DNA of 64,000 nt from Trichoplax adhaerens. Lineage: Eukaryota > Animalia > Placozoa. Shown piece after piece: positions 1 to 27,530 of the stretch; the first letter of the stretch is position 1; every line of letters starts with the position of its first letter. The position numbers and the translations under genes are program-made. The stretch is from the NCBI RefSeq assembly GCF_000150275.1, contig NW_002060951.1, positions 1,436,297 to 1,500,296 of the forward strand. Direction: 5' to 3'. The notes below the pieces were generated by a model that worked only from the letters and a program-made list of their open reading frames with translations, did no database searches and was not told where the DNA came from.

Positions 1-1705
1 GCTATATGACTTTGAGTTATGAAATGATGTAGGAATTGAAAGATCAGAACGTTACTAACAATATTGGTTGTCATATTGATACTGTACAATCAGGACAAAT
101 AAAACTCTTTAAGGTTCATGTTGCAATTTGTAATTTTGACAATATAATAGATCACCAGTTTATGTCATGGCAGCATATTATGCAAATACAGGCTAATTAA
201 TGCTACATCAGACTACGCTTACCAAATCAAATAAACATTTATCGTTATACGTATAGATTGGGTATGATAGACTCTACTGTTGCTTATAGCAATATAAGCT
301 ACGCATACACGGATGTGTTAAAGATGACTGACGTCAAGATATACATGTATAGAATATGAACATGATCGATTTTATTTAGCGACTAATTTAATGGATCAGT
401 TAATTAATTGAAAATATTCACATGACTAATAGGACCGCTCACCAGCTTATTATTTGAATTAGAATCTATCCATAGCGCCCTGAATTCTAGCTTTAAAGTA
501 GTTTAAGTGTTAGCCATTTGCAACTAATTAAAAAAAATTCTGGATTCAATGTAATATACTCATAATTTAAGGTATTTTTCTACATTTTCCTAGCGTAGGC
601 GAGCATACTTATTAATATATAGTTTAAATTCTAAGATCAACTAACAATCTCATGCCATTGTACAAGAAAAACGCAAAAATGCGATTTATTATGATCTATT
701 ACCTAATCTGTACACGTTGGTTGTAGATATTCTAAATAAGAACTGCCGGTAATATATAGTAAAATCAGTCCAGATGACATGCTACTCAGATTAATAAGAG
801 ATATAAAGTAAAGTAACATAATTATATTCATTAATAATGATAAATAACGAATTAGACAGCTACTGTTTTTAACTTGTCGATTATACATGCTTATAGGACG
901 TAAAAGCGCATTTTTATCATTAAATATTCGAAATGTATAGTTTTCTGTGAAGTTCTACTACATCATGAGAAGAACAATTTAAACAGCTATCTATAATTTA
1001 TAATTTAAATTCAGAAATATCACAATATACAGTAACGGAAACAACTCTTAAACTACTTTTGTGAATATTTATGTATTAATTAGATCTAAAATATTTCTTC
1101 TAAATTATACTGTATAAGAATACCTTCAAAAATTATCGAGATTGAAATGCATGTAGATATATACAATGCTTATAATAAAGAATAAAAGGATTCTTCAAAT
1201 TTTACAAATACGCTACCAATGCTTCTTCTCATATTTTAGAAGCAAGACATGGTGTCGTTTAAAAATATTGACACTGTAAGCAAGCTCTGGCTATGGCCTA
1301 ACTTTTAAAAAATACTCAACATGTCTAACAAGCAGATTTAGCTAAGTTAAGTCCACGCCGAATACTAGATTATATCACAGGAATATAATGGTGCTCTTTA
1401 CACGCAAAATGAGGTGCAGTTGTATTTGACAGCATTGATCAATATACAACAGCTATCCAACTGGTAAATAAGTTACATCGTCTTCCCGAGGTATCAGATA
1501 CAAGGCTTTATTGCTAGTTAGATTGATAATATCAGCAATTGCTTATATACTTATACGTGTAAATATCTTTTCAATCAATGAAAATCCTGTCTTTACATAA
1601 TACCTGCGGCGCATTATTAATTCTAATTACGTGAAAGATATACTAGATTTTAAATCTGTGATCTTTCAAATAATGATTAATCCTTATTTTATAAACATTC
1701 GTTCT

Positions 1706-14611
<12,906 letters not shown>

Positions 14612-16769
14612 GGTGTCGGGCTTAAAAATGTATCAGGTACGATATTTTAGTTAGCAGTTGGATAGTTAGCACAAAAAATCAATCTATAAGATAATATCTC
14701 AATGGATTATGCTGTAGACTAACAAAGATACTGAGATAGATGAAATTGATAAGAGAATTTACTCAAGCCAAGTAATTTCAGAATCGATACATGAATGTAT
14801 CCAATCGATGTGATGTTGCAGTTGTTTGATGTTTTCTTTCACTTATTGTTAACTTAATTGGATGTTAGAATTTTAATTGAATCGACGTAAATATTCAAAA
14901 AATAGTAGATGCAGATTAACTTCTTTCTCTTTTTACAGTATTTTCCTTTGGATTCTTTTCTGAAATAGTAAATATTGCCAATAAAAGCCTAAAACATATT
15001 CCAAAATGAGTAATCAATTTTAAAAATAAATGTAAAACATAAATATCAGAAGAGAATACGATGGTATGTATCTGAGTCGGTTACAGTCACAATAATAAAT
15101 AGATAAGTTTACTTATATGATTCTATACCTATCCTTTTTAATCTTCGATTATGTTAAAGGATTAAACCTGATCTCATTTGAATAGAATACAAATTAGAAT
15201 TGGATATTATTATAGAGAAGAACATTCGTTGAATATTTTATTGTTAATAATTTGGGGTATCCCAAACGATTATAATTATCAGAATGAATATCTGAATGAA
15301 TTCTGAACAGGATGTCGAAAGAGTAGAATACAGAAGTAATTAAAAAAAGGGCTTTGAAGTATTTGTAATAGTTAATGACTGACTCGTGAGGTTTCAAAAT
15401 TTTAAAGTAAAATGTAGAGATAAACTTATTTTTATGATAGTTCGATTTTATACCGGATGCTTTTTTTTATCATTAGCGCTAAATGAAAAGATATTACTGT
15501 ACGCATATTAACTAGCGTGCTGATATAATACAGGACTGTACTTTATCATAAGAACTCTTTGGCAGTGTTTTCACTTCTTTTTACAATATCGTTATCTAAA
15601 TATACCTTTTTGAAACAGATGTGAGTGTAGTTTATTAGCATATGTACCTGTAATAATTCATAAACTTACGTCTGGCTTGACAAATTTCGAAGTTAATTTT
15701 CCCCAGGGAGGATTGCATAGACATATAGAATCATTCGCTAATTGACTAGTAGAACGATCAGTTTATATTACGTTTTCTATATTTTAATGCTTCAAGGTTT
15801 TTTTAAGCTAGTTTATAGCAATTTTGAAAGATATCGCTCAGTTGGCAATTTCATACTTAATTGAGAGGTAGAAAAGAGATTTCGTTTTTCTTCCTTTTGA
15901 TATCCTCTAGCTAGTGTTATAGAGTACTTAATGGCAGAAACAAGATAATTAATTGTGTTATAATAATGGTAGAGTTAGACGACTTGGTTGCTGGGATTTT
16001 TAAACTCGTTGATGATGACAAGATGATGATAACCTCTAAAAAAATGAATTACAAATAAGAAATTAAGAATAGCAGCTTATTATCGATGACAATTTTGATT
16101 TTGGTATCAAAATGATAAAATCGTCAATATCCACGGAAATGTTCTAGTTTGTCTTACATCTAGATTACCTTATTTTCGATGATTCGTTTTTCGATTGATA
16201 TTGTAAAGTCTTGAAATAACTTTTATTTTACAAATAAAGACGATAGCGTAGTCTTGAATCAATATTTCTTTACTGTTTTAAGAAAAGTAATTTCACTCAA
16301 GGTAGAGTTGATTGGATGCATGAATACTGCAAAATAGATTGTTAAAATAGTAATTAATAGCAAGTTTTAATATTACTGTTTCACGTTTAAATAATTCTAC
16401 AGTATGGTCAGTGGAGAAGTGAAGATGGGCGAAGTACGAAAAAAACGCCGGATGAAAATCCATATATTGCCATCAGCGGCATACAATATCAATAAAGTGA
16501 TATAAAAAGACTGCAATGCAATCATGTCGATTGTTCATGTTCTATTCAATTGCAATTTCTAATTTACTATCCAATTTTCAATCTAGCCTTTATAATGTGT
16601 GATTGAGTGATACATATGTGTACAAGGATAGACTATCTCTCTTGAACTAATTTGAATCAAATAGGAAAGGGAGGGGTGGAGAGAATACTGATTAACTATA
16701 TACAATTTCAATACGACAAGAGAGGAAATCCATATCAAATGGAAAAATGAATGCTTGACAATGAATAAC

Positions 16770-16850
16770 AATAATCATCGACGATGATGATAATAATAAC
16801 AATAATAATATTATTAAAAATGATAATAATATTAATAACAATTATAAATA
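16770..16850. repeat. Imperfect (AAT/GAT)n microsatellite
   Basis: Run of gatgatgataataataacaataataata... seen directly. Confidence 0.7.
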
Positions 16851-17179
16851 AACTTGAGACACCAATGATCGATTACTCGACTATGATATTAATTAATACC
16901 ATTTGATCCAACAATACAAGTTGATTTCAATAAGGTGACAATTACTGAAATATCGAAAAAAATTTCTTCCACAAATTTTGTCGGCCCATTATTAATGGCT
17001 TTAATTGTCGGCTATTTTTTTGAACAGTTTGTCATTAATTCTAAGTAAGAATGAACAATACCTACAACATGGTGATGATCAAATTCAACAATGTCTACAG
17101 CACATAGTTACCAATTCGCTCCTGGCAAAAATAAAAAAATAAAGATATAAATGGAAAATGAAAAATAAATAAAAAATAA

Positions 17180-17390
17180 TCATGATCCTATATCAGAGTC
17201 TAAATAATTATAAATATGGGAAAATTATTTTTCCTACAAGCAATACAAGAAAGTGTTAGAGGCATTCCATGATAAAAATATGATTTAGCTATTGAGGGTA
17301 TAACGGACTAAAATAGAAGATTGAGAAATTTACATAGAAAACATCCAGCGATCGGCTCGAATACAATAGAAAGCGATAACATAAATTAAT
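17180..17390 (+). pseudogene. Degraded TPR-repeat (kinesin-light-chain-like) coding relic
   Basis: Frameshifted pieces NMGKLFFLQ / YKKVLEAFH and KYDLAIE..*..LRNLHRKHPAIG resemble the NxGxxxxxQGxYxEAL..HPxIA TPR consensus. Stops and frameshifts are present. Confidence 0.35.
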
Positions 17391-17549
17391 ACACTAAAAA
17401 ATATCAAAACAATTCAAAATGAAGGACAACGCAAAAGATGGATGGGTTGAGTTTTTCTCTCACCATAATGGTTACGTTATATTGTACTATAACAGCAATA
17501 ACTAATTATTATCGGTCAAGAGCTACAAACTCATCAATCAATTAATTAA

Positions 17550-17865
17550 AATGAAATCTCGAGACTTCCAATATTTCCTAAACTGTTGGACAACTTGTGC
17601 TTATTTCTTTCCTCGATTTCCATTTCTATTCGGCCATTAAAGTCTATTACTACGATGCACGTATACAACAAATATCGTACATAGAGATATTATAGATCCT
17701 TTAACTTGATAATTTGAATTTTTCACCCTACCGAATTCACAATAACTCAATTCTAATTACAGTTCTAGTATAGTCAATATTAGTTGGAGGTGTTATTTTG
17801 TAACTCGTACATATCAATGGTTCGATTATTGATGAAAAAGTTCCACTAGGCGTCCATTTTTGTAC
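17550..17865 (-). pseudogene. Possible relic of a Caspr/neurexin-IV-like gene (end of F5/8C domain, start of laminin G domain)
   Basis: The first piece reads IEPLICTSYKITP..RTVIRIEL[frameshift]CEF. A phase-1 GT-AG intron follows, then VIDFNGRIE..LEISF. This resembles Caspr RIEVYGC..VINFDG. Confidence 0.3.
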
Positions 17866-19005
17866 AATAATATACACGTAGGATTGAAAGTCAAGGTAAT
17901 TTATATAAAGGAAATAAAGGACGTTTCTAATCGATGTTAACAATTTTGTGCTATAAATATATATCACTGAAATACAGTACTCTGAAACCATTTAATAACA
18001 AAAGCGTGATATTATTAAGCTAACAACGAATAACTTATAAGGCAAAATCTTTAACCATGTAATTCTCTTTACTGTTATAAAAATTTAATATACTGATTGT
18101 TTCTTATCGTTCTAGAAGGTTAAAGTGCTGAATCTATAAAGTGATGACAATAAATAAATAAACAGCAGGCTATTCCAACGTACTCGCATATTGATATTTT
18201 AATGCTGCCCGGTAGAATTATTTCGATTATGACAAAGTTACCTTTTTAGGTGCTAATATGAAGGGAGGTTTTCGAAAGTAGGCTTATTGTTTGTGGTACG
18301 TAAATATTAAATTGAAATGCAACATTTTATCATTGAACGAAGACAATTATAAACGCGAGAAAACTTTGTTCTCCGTATTTATGGTAAGGAAGTGCGCAGT
18401 TTCTGACTTAGAGTAGACCAACGGAGTTGTTTTATTTATACTCGTATTAATAGGATAAGCCTAAAGTTAACTTGGCTCTATCTTTATCTTTGTTAAGGTG
18501 AGTTTTCAACATCGTAATACAGCAAGTCATTCAATACAATAGAAAAGTCTTTTTATTTGTCATAATCATCATTTTCACTAATAGCCACTTTTACATACCT
18601 TTTTGGAACAATATTACGCAGTTAGCCAATCTCCTACGTTATTTGCTACCTTTGCTTCAATACCTGAACAGTTTTGCATTATAACTTATTGCATGTTATC
18701 TCATCCACGTATTCTACTTGTATTTAGTCAGCCGTTTCTGGTTACTTTTCAGTTACAATTTATGCAGGATGAATGAATCTTTCCTTTATAGCACTAAAAT
18801 ACTGAGTTTAAAGAATAATAAAAGAATAAAAATTAGGTATAGAAACAAGAAAGTGCACATCAATTGTGGCAAAATAAAACATCGGATCGTTTCTCACTTG
18901 ATAAAGAAATGAAAGATCAATAAATTATAGTTCTGTCTCGGATTATATATATAGATTATACTATTTGGCACGATGACCATAATGACCGGGCAAACTAATA
19001 AATCA

Positions 19006-19098
19006 TTCCCGGGAATGGCCGGGCGTTCCCGGGAAAGACCGGGCGTTCCCTGGAATGACCGGGCGTTCCCTGGCATGGCCGACTCCCGGGATTGGCCG
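19006..19098. repeat. GC-rich 20-bp tandem repeat, about 4.5 copies (TTCCCGGGAATGGCCGGGCG consensus)
   Basis: Units start at 19006, 19026, 19046 and 19066, with a degenerate one at ~19084 and a partial copy at 18981. Confidence 0.9.
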
Positions 19099-22000
19099 TA
19101 ACATATACGTGTCATATATGTACTACTACAATAATTCATTATAAGCTCGGAAAATAAGAAATAATTTGCTTTTAACGTTTTATTTCTTTGCTTACTATCT
19201 TAGTAACATTTTAAACTAGAGGTGCTAGAATGAATGTCTAAATTATGACCTATACGTACATATATTCTTATTAAGAGATGATAAAGAGTAAAAATCAGAT
19301 CATTGGTTAGTCATTCCAGTATGCCAACGTTTAGAGTGATTAATTAATTATCAACGTACAGTAGAAGTTGATGAATGTTGAAGGGTAAGTATCCAGACTA
19401 TCCATTTTGTTGATAGTTCCTTATCGCTCTAGCGTAAGAATTGGGGGGATTTTATTTATTCAAATTGATGGACATTACAGGACAATACATGGAAATGGAC
19501 TTTATTCCTTTTATCAACGCTTCCGTAATAAGATGCTGCTACCAAATCGTAGGTGGAGTTAAGGCTTCATTACGTATACAGATTACAATATAATAAAATT
19601 CATTATGATCTTAACTAGGGTCCTTTAAGAAATTTCAGCATAACGCGTACGGTAGCACGAATGACAGAAATTAGACTATAAATGATAGATGAACAAATAA
19701 TTCCAGTAACTAATGGTCTATTAATTCTTTCTACAAAGTCCTTTTAACAGTAATCAGCTTTTTGATTTTTCCCTTTATATCAAATCCATCTGTAGTATAT
19801 ATGATTCTTTCTGTAGATTTACAACATAAAAATATTAACAGGCCTTGACGATTTATTTATACCCATTTGCTATAGCGATCTCAATGATCGCTCAGATATA
19901 TAATGCACAAATTATTACTGGTGCAACTCTTTATATTATCATAAATCAGCGTAAATTTAAAAGTCTACAAAAACGAAAGGAGTAAAATTGGTTATATCCT
20001 ACTGTACGCCCTTTAGTACGTGTTTCATTCACTGTAAGATTTAGAGAGCATACAAATCATAATTAGACTTTTCTTAAATAAAAGGTATGATAATATCAAA
20101 GAGAGCAGATGTCCTCTTTCATTTGTGAATATATTATTCTGATATATTTGATATAAATTTATATTTATAAGATATAACGAAAATAGCAAAGGTAGTAAAT
20201 ATTTTAGCTTGTAATAGAAGGTATACTATAATTATCTTTCAGAGTGATAAATATGGACAAGGCAAAACATAACTTTGTTCTAGGTTGTCACCATGTTCTA
20301 ACATGAATTCATAAAATCATCAAAAGAACAGCTTATTATATGCTTATAGGTAATTAGGGGTAGTCTAACGACGTATCTACTAACTTCTTGATACCATAAA
20401 GGCAAGTAAACGCGAAATCGTTTATACTATTTCAATCGTGTATAATGTAAAATCGCCCTTCTTCGTCTTTTGCAAATTAATTATTACATATCTGAATAAA
20501 TGTCAAAGCAACATTTGTTTATATCATTGCGAGCAAATATGACTTTACTTACAGTAATATTATTCATTTATTCAAGCAGGAAACAATTAGATTTAAGAAA
20601 TTTTTAGATTTGACTTAAACTATTTCTATTCTATCCGTTTAATAACTTTGTTCAGCTGATATTAATTCTGTGATAATATCACGCCAATACTGCAACTGAA
20701 TTTTTGCAATATTCCTTTATTCAATTTATTAAAAGTTTTCAACATTTCAGTCGAGTATCCTACGAATAATTATTGTCCTATTCATACTACTAATGCTCTG
20801 TAGGAGATATTTTATTACGTGAATGTAGTGAAGATGTTTATGTATAAATCAATTGAAGTATTAACAAACTGGACAATTAATTTATAATCACCCCCTAAAT
20901 AATCGAATGTGTTATAGGTAGCAGAAGGTATATTTAGATTATATGGAATACCATCAAATTTCGTTAACAATATTATAGCGTAGTAAATATGTAGAATGTG
21001 GATTCTCTGTACATTCGTATTCAACAAAGATACTATAGCTAATTAAATGACAGCTGGAGCACTCACCGAAATCACGTTCATTCATTTAGTTTTTGGCTGA
21101 TATACTTTTTTACTTTCCTTGCTTCACCAATATAAGAATAATGGTACAAAAAATTTTAGTTTTCATTTGGAGTGATCTACCTATATAAAGAAAAATTTTT
21201 TATTATCAAATCAATGTTACACAGTACATCCTACTAATACTCGTTACTGCACTTTAAGGGCAATAAATTATTAATATTCTGTTCCAATCAGATCGGTTAT
21301 AACATATCTATTCCACTGATGATATAATTAGCTAATAAATGATTACAAATAGTTTATACAGAGCAGAATTTTTTAGTGAAATAATACCATCAATTTTTAT
21401 ATAGCTATAAATCCAGCAATTATTATTATAATTCTATTGTTAATTGAGATTAGAAGGCTATACACTATGAAGTGCCTTGCCATTGAATTATTGGATAAGC
21501 AGGCACCTAATATATTAATGAACGGCCAAGTGTAATTGTGTCCATTGATGGTTTTAAAACTGTCTGCGAGTGTTTTAATATAATAATTCACTTCATCATA
21601 ATTATTAATTAATGATAGCACATGAAATTTACAGCTTGTAAAGATTAATAGTAGCATCCTAAACATTTACGCTAATGCAATTGCAGGTCTTGATTGAGTG
21701 CAACAAACGAAAAGTATTTCGTCGTTTAATTATCGTATAGTAATATCTAGAGGTCATGAAGGTATATTGCATTAATAAAATCCTAATAAAGAGTATTAAT
21801 TAGTCTATAGAATCTCTAGATCCCTGTATATCAGCTGACAAGTCACAACATTTAGTATTAGCATAGTCATTTTTCAAGTAATCCCTATTGTAATATAGAA
21901 ATATGCAGTCTAGTATGAAATATATGTCATACCAGATGTTGTGTTTCATAATCTTGAGTTAATACTAATAACTACAGAAGGTTGGTACTACCCTTAGCTA

Positions 22001-25000
22001 GTAAAGAAGACAGGAAATTATGTACTATGTATATAGTCAAAGTTAATAGAAAAAGGAAGTAAAGTTTGGTAAAAGCCGAATGCTTCTATTCCTACTCATT
22101 TTTCTCTTAGATCGAAATTTCGTAGCTCTTGTACCTACGCTGTCTTCAATTGTTTCGTTGTATATTAATTATAGGATTGTGAAAGCAAGGGACGAAATTA
22201 GTATACGTAGCAGTATCTACAGCTATAACTAGTCAATAAGTGTAATTAGATCCATACTTACAGTATATCACATAAATTATACTATGCTGTAGACAATCAT
22301 TATAATCTTAGCATGAAAACCGCAGCAGTAATAGCGGATGCGGATTTATATATAAACGTATTATATATATATATCTACTAGTTTAGCATACTTGTTGTTC
22401 TACTCAGCACACCAGTTATATCTGACTTAGTCGGGCAGAAATTGCAGCTCATGATAAATTTTAAACACGAAAGGCAGTCCTCAAATCTTGAATTTTACCT
22501 GTTATTACTTTCACTATATATATATTACGTTAATACTCGTACATTCATGATAGTGATGCTACACAATCAGCATGCAACCGGATATAGCAGTTTCAAGATA
22601 TTGATTCAAGACTTTAATTTTATTACCAGAAAATTTCCCTGCTTCAATAAACGGGCTCAAAATTATAGCCTAGATGTTTTCAAGAATGAAATTCATGCAT
22701 TGATTTTTAATTATAAAATACAGTACTGAATATAATTTTAGTTTTAATATACAGTACGTCTATTATACTAGTGTATAATATCGCAAAATGTGCTCTACGT
22801 AACATAGTCCATAGGCTACTGTAACTAGCGATAAAACGTGCTTAAGGCAAGGACTACTAAAAGAAAATAGAAGGATATAGCTTGATTTAATACAGTGATT
22901 TCACAGTACCTTGAAAGTGTGATGATTTAGTAATACTGTAACATGAAGTAAAGCAATTGTATGATGTAAAATAGTCGGTTAAGCTTATTAAGCTTATAAA
23001 AGTAATTGTAGATTTTGGTTTGTAACTGTACACAGTATATGGGTATAAATCTCGCATACTCTCTTCATCGTTTGTAAACTGGAAAGTCAGAAAGATTTTA
23101 TCGAATCAAGCTTTTCTTACGGCACGTATAAAATGGGTAAAATGGGTAAAATATAACAGAGGATGATCCTTGATCTCCTTTGAATTCTATCAAGTTTATT
23201 TCTGTTGAGCCAACTGCTATTTCATGAACTGACTTTTCTATAAGATTTTTCGGTTGAATAAGCCCCTGGCTGCAGTTAATAATTAAAATACTCGGTATGT
23301 AGAGTGCAAATAACAACTCTGGCGTTAGCACGTACGAATATGTATGATTGTCGCCTCCATGTTTATAAGATGCACACTCTAGTCTGGACCAGATTAGACA
23401 AAGTTAACTTCCGTGTACACATTGTACAGTTGAAAATGTTACGTTTTTATATCATGTTATACGGTATTGCATTATTCTAGCATGTTATTAGGACATCAGT
23501 AGTTGACTGAATATATCTTATGTACAGCAGGTATTCATCTCACAACGCTCCGACATTATAGTTTACTGTGCAAATGATTCGCCCACGTCACTCGAATATT
23601 AGCACAGCAGTGGTTGAATGAAAAGGAGAAAAAAATAATGGATTAATAATTAATTGCATATCATTATTGCAGTACTGTACTTCAGTAGAGCTTTTTTGTC
23701 CGGAAAAAATAAATGGCTGTGGCCGTAATAATTTTAATGAGGGTTCAATATACATGTCATATTAGAGTTTGGCAACACTATTCACATACTACACTCGCAG
23801 TAGAACATTTAACTGATACAGAATCGATACATGGAGGGAGGCCAGCAGTTCCTTCCTGGTTCAATCATAGACGTATCTACTCAACGTATGCAGTACAATA
23901 ATACCTTCTAGTCAAGCATAGTAATCATGGTAGCATCCACTTAACATTACTGTACTATAATGTATTTTAGGAGTCGATCAAAACGAAAATTATTTTCTTT
24001 GTTGATGTTGCATCAATTATTATAATATTAAATTTAAATCATTTTGTGTGTGTATGTTGTACAGTTGAATAAAGTACATTATTTTGTCTACTCTGTCCAA
24101 CTATTTTATTCAATATTGGGAATTTAGCATTGATCAACGATGAAACAAGCATATGAAAGGGATTTTGTGCTAGTGTAAATATAAATATATCGTTCATGAA
24201 AGCAAGACTGAAGGCACAATTAATTATCTACTGTTATTGATACTTACCGCTACAAAGTATAAAAATTTGTAAGATGCAAGCCCGTCTAGTGTGGTAATAT
24301 CAACTACTAATACTAACTACGTAAAACAACAAGTGGTGCCGTAATAACAACAACAGCATACGTCAAGATATTTCAAAAATTTGAAGTATGACAGATTTTC
24401 TTATTTGTTAAGGCAATTCTGTGGACATTGACAAGGAGAATATAACACTACGCTCATAGTATACGGTCATAGACTATAGTATTGGAAAATTCGGATCCAG
24501 TTTCAAGTACTGTATGTTAAGTCACCGATTCGCTAGAATTGAGTTTGTTATGGTCAATTTTTCAAGTAATAAAAACAATATAAACTTACCTACACCATCT
24601 AACCTTACGCGTATGCTACTATATTGATTGATAGGCACCTGTAATATGTTAACAGAATCGTCTACCTTATCCGCGAGATATTTATGTGAAAATGATATGC
24701 ACTAATTAATAACCAAATCTGTGACGTCTTTAATGCGCTAGAAGCAATGGAATTGCAATCAATGCTGAATTATAGATAATTACTAATTACTAAGTTTATA
24801 CTGTTTCACTATACTATACAGTATACAACTTCGTCGGAGACATAATTTGGTAACAATGTGGCACTTGTGTACAAGCGCTATCGTACTGTATATGTGAAAT
24901 GAAAACTCGTCGAATAATAACAATGTTTACTCTGTAAACCAACAAGCCCTGCAGCAGCATAGAAATGATAGGATCAAGTCCAATAAATTACAATTTCAGT

Positions 25001-27114
25001 TGAATTTTGATTGAGAATGTAATCGTTGACAAAATACTTACATGTACTTGAATTTAGATCTAGATTTTTTTGGAGGAACCTTCGGTTACAATTTGTGGGT
25101 AATGCAGAAGTTAACGAAAGTAAAACAATGTCTCTTTCGGTATCCAATATACAGTGATTAGTTTACGGCCTGTATAATGTTGCCAAGTTGCTATAAATCT
25201 TGATTTAAAACAGTTGATTACTGCATACCGGCAATTTCTTAAGAGTACCTAGCTTTCATTTGCAATGTATCGTGTTAAAGAAAAAAAAATTCCAATCTTG
25301 TTTTTAATTAAATGCCTCTAGAAAGTAAGCAAGGAAGTTCCAAGCTGTTTTACAAGAATTTACTGCAATACTGTACAAATGTACATCTGTATATTTGCAC
25401 AAAGTGAACACTGTAATCTATAATATGGTTTAATGGTCTGATACTTTAATGTCAAACTTTACCAGTTATTATATACCTGGATACTAAAATAGAAACAAAT
25501 TCGTAATTACTGTTGTAGTCTTGTAAATACTTACAGTAACGGAAGCTGTTTTGTAATGCCTCAAATTACAGCACCGTATGCAAATTACGGGGGTGTTTGA
25601 TATATCTTTACAGTTAAAAAATGATATATATAGCTGCAGACGTACTGCTGTGCCTTTCCGCATTCTTAATTGTATCGCACCCTGTGATACTATGCCGCTA
25701 AGTAGACAGACTTTAGATTTTTAATTAACGTTTAACATTAAAGTTAATTGCACATATGAATCATGGGCGACCGACTTGGTCGGTAGGCAGTTAGCAAATG
25801 AATGCGCGCCTGATTTATAAAATGATTGGCATTGATTGCTTTACTTTGTCGAGGTTGAAGTACTAGTTATAAATAGCAATACCTTGTTCTGTATATTGTC
25901 TGCTAATTCGAAATTTGATCGTCCACAACGCGTTTTTATTTTTTTAATTAATGAAGATATCATGAGGGATTCCTAATTGCCTAATATAACTCAAAAAGTT
26001 CCTCTTTCGTCAGGAATGATCGATAATTAATTAATGATAAAATGAAAGAGGCACAGTAACGTAAATAAATACTGTACCAACTACTTTGATAACAGGATAT
26101 TACTGTAATATTACTAATTGATGACCGTTACTGTATTACGTAGGAACTAGTAAAACGCTTATTACAGCATAATTATACGTATAGATATATCCAAATTGGA
26201 TATTATTGCACAATATACAAAGCCACAATGATCTTGGACTTCAATTTTTAGTGACGACTGCAAGAGTAATTATATTAGCTATTAAATTGTAAACATCTAC
26301 TGTAGCTATAATAGGCCTAATTAGTATGATCTGGGCTATTCTGGCACATACGGAGTATGGCGGCTGTTATTTACCATCTGTACATTGTTATACTGCGGAA
26401 TATATTTCAGGGACATTTGCACGTCCATAAGCGCCGTTAATTATTACACGTTGGTTACTTTATAGAGTCAGACAAAGATAGAAATAATCAATTTATTGAT
26501 ATCAAATTCTTGAATTTCAGCCACGTGGCAAATGATCCTTTGACATGGTTGTGGCCCACGGTGTTCTAGTTTACAAAATTGTTTTAGCTTCTTGGTTTTA
26601 CAGCAGCAGTAGAGTCGCTGCTTCTCGGACGGAAGTGATTTGTAGATGAAACAAGTACTGTAGTGCAGTAGGATTAGAAGAAAACGAGAAGAAATAATCA
26701 GATCGATTCGCATTTCAAGCATGTAATGTAATGCCCATACAGTACTGTACAGTAACGGTCTCTCGCGTCCACTGTACACAGTACAGTACAGTACAGCATC
26801 AAGGAAGCAGGGACACTACCTTAGGAAGAAAAGAGAGAGGGATAAAACTATTCCAACACCTATTCAGACCTCGTTTTCTTTTACAAGTCCCTGAATAAGT
26901 TCTAGCCTATTTCTGATTAATTCATTCTTTTAGGTTGCTACCTGTCGTCCAATGGATCTGTAGAATATCTACTCTACCAGTGCTCATACAGTATGTGGAG
27001 GCTGGCGAATGGACTGGTTATTCAAGTGTACAGTATAGTGCGTTTGCAACCGTATACTATACTCGCCATTACTCGGATCTACCGTACGCTAACAGCATGG
27101 GAGCTACACTACAG

Positions 27115-27530
27115 TCTACAGTACTGTACTGTACAGTACTACGGTACACCGTACAGTACGGACTCTACCGTACAGTACAGTACACTTTACAATACAATAG
27201 TACTGTACTGTACAGTACTGTAAACTATAAATTATTACAGTACAGTACTGTACTGTACACTGTACAGTACGGTCTACAATACTTTGTATGGTGTACCACA
27301 TCAAAAACCTCAATCCGTCCCGACATCCGTACTGTATCCCTGGTACTACAGGCAGTACAGGATACAGTTATACTGTACCTGTCGAAGGTTTGGTTCGGTA
27401 CTGTAATAATTTGTAGTTTACTACAGTATTGTACAGTATTGTAAAGTACTGTACGGTTGAGTCCGTACTGTACAGTCTGCACTGTACTGTACTATACTGT
27501 ATCCTGTAGTACCAGGGATACAGTACGGAT
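27115..27530. repeat. TACTG/CAGTA pentamer low-complexity array upstream of RPLP0
   Basis: Dense gtactgtact/tacagtacag units in both orientations. These generate the overlapping spurious 'STVLY/TVQY' ORFs. Confidence 0.9.

Noticed and set aside
19006-19098. CRISPR-like appearance of the palindromic repeat
   Set aside because: No unique spacers, and the context is eukaryotic
26934-27030. Acceptor followed by Sushi-like fragments (NGSVEY, YQC, AGEWTG)
   Set aside because: The fragments lie in different frames and are too short to support without a search
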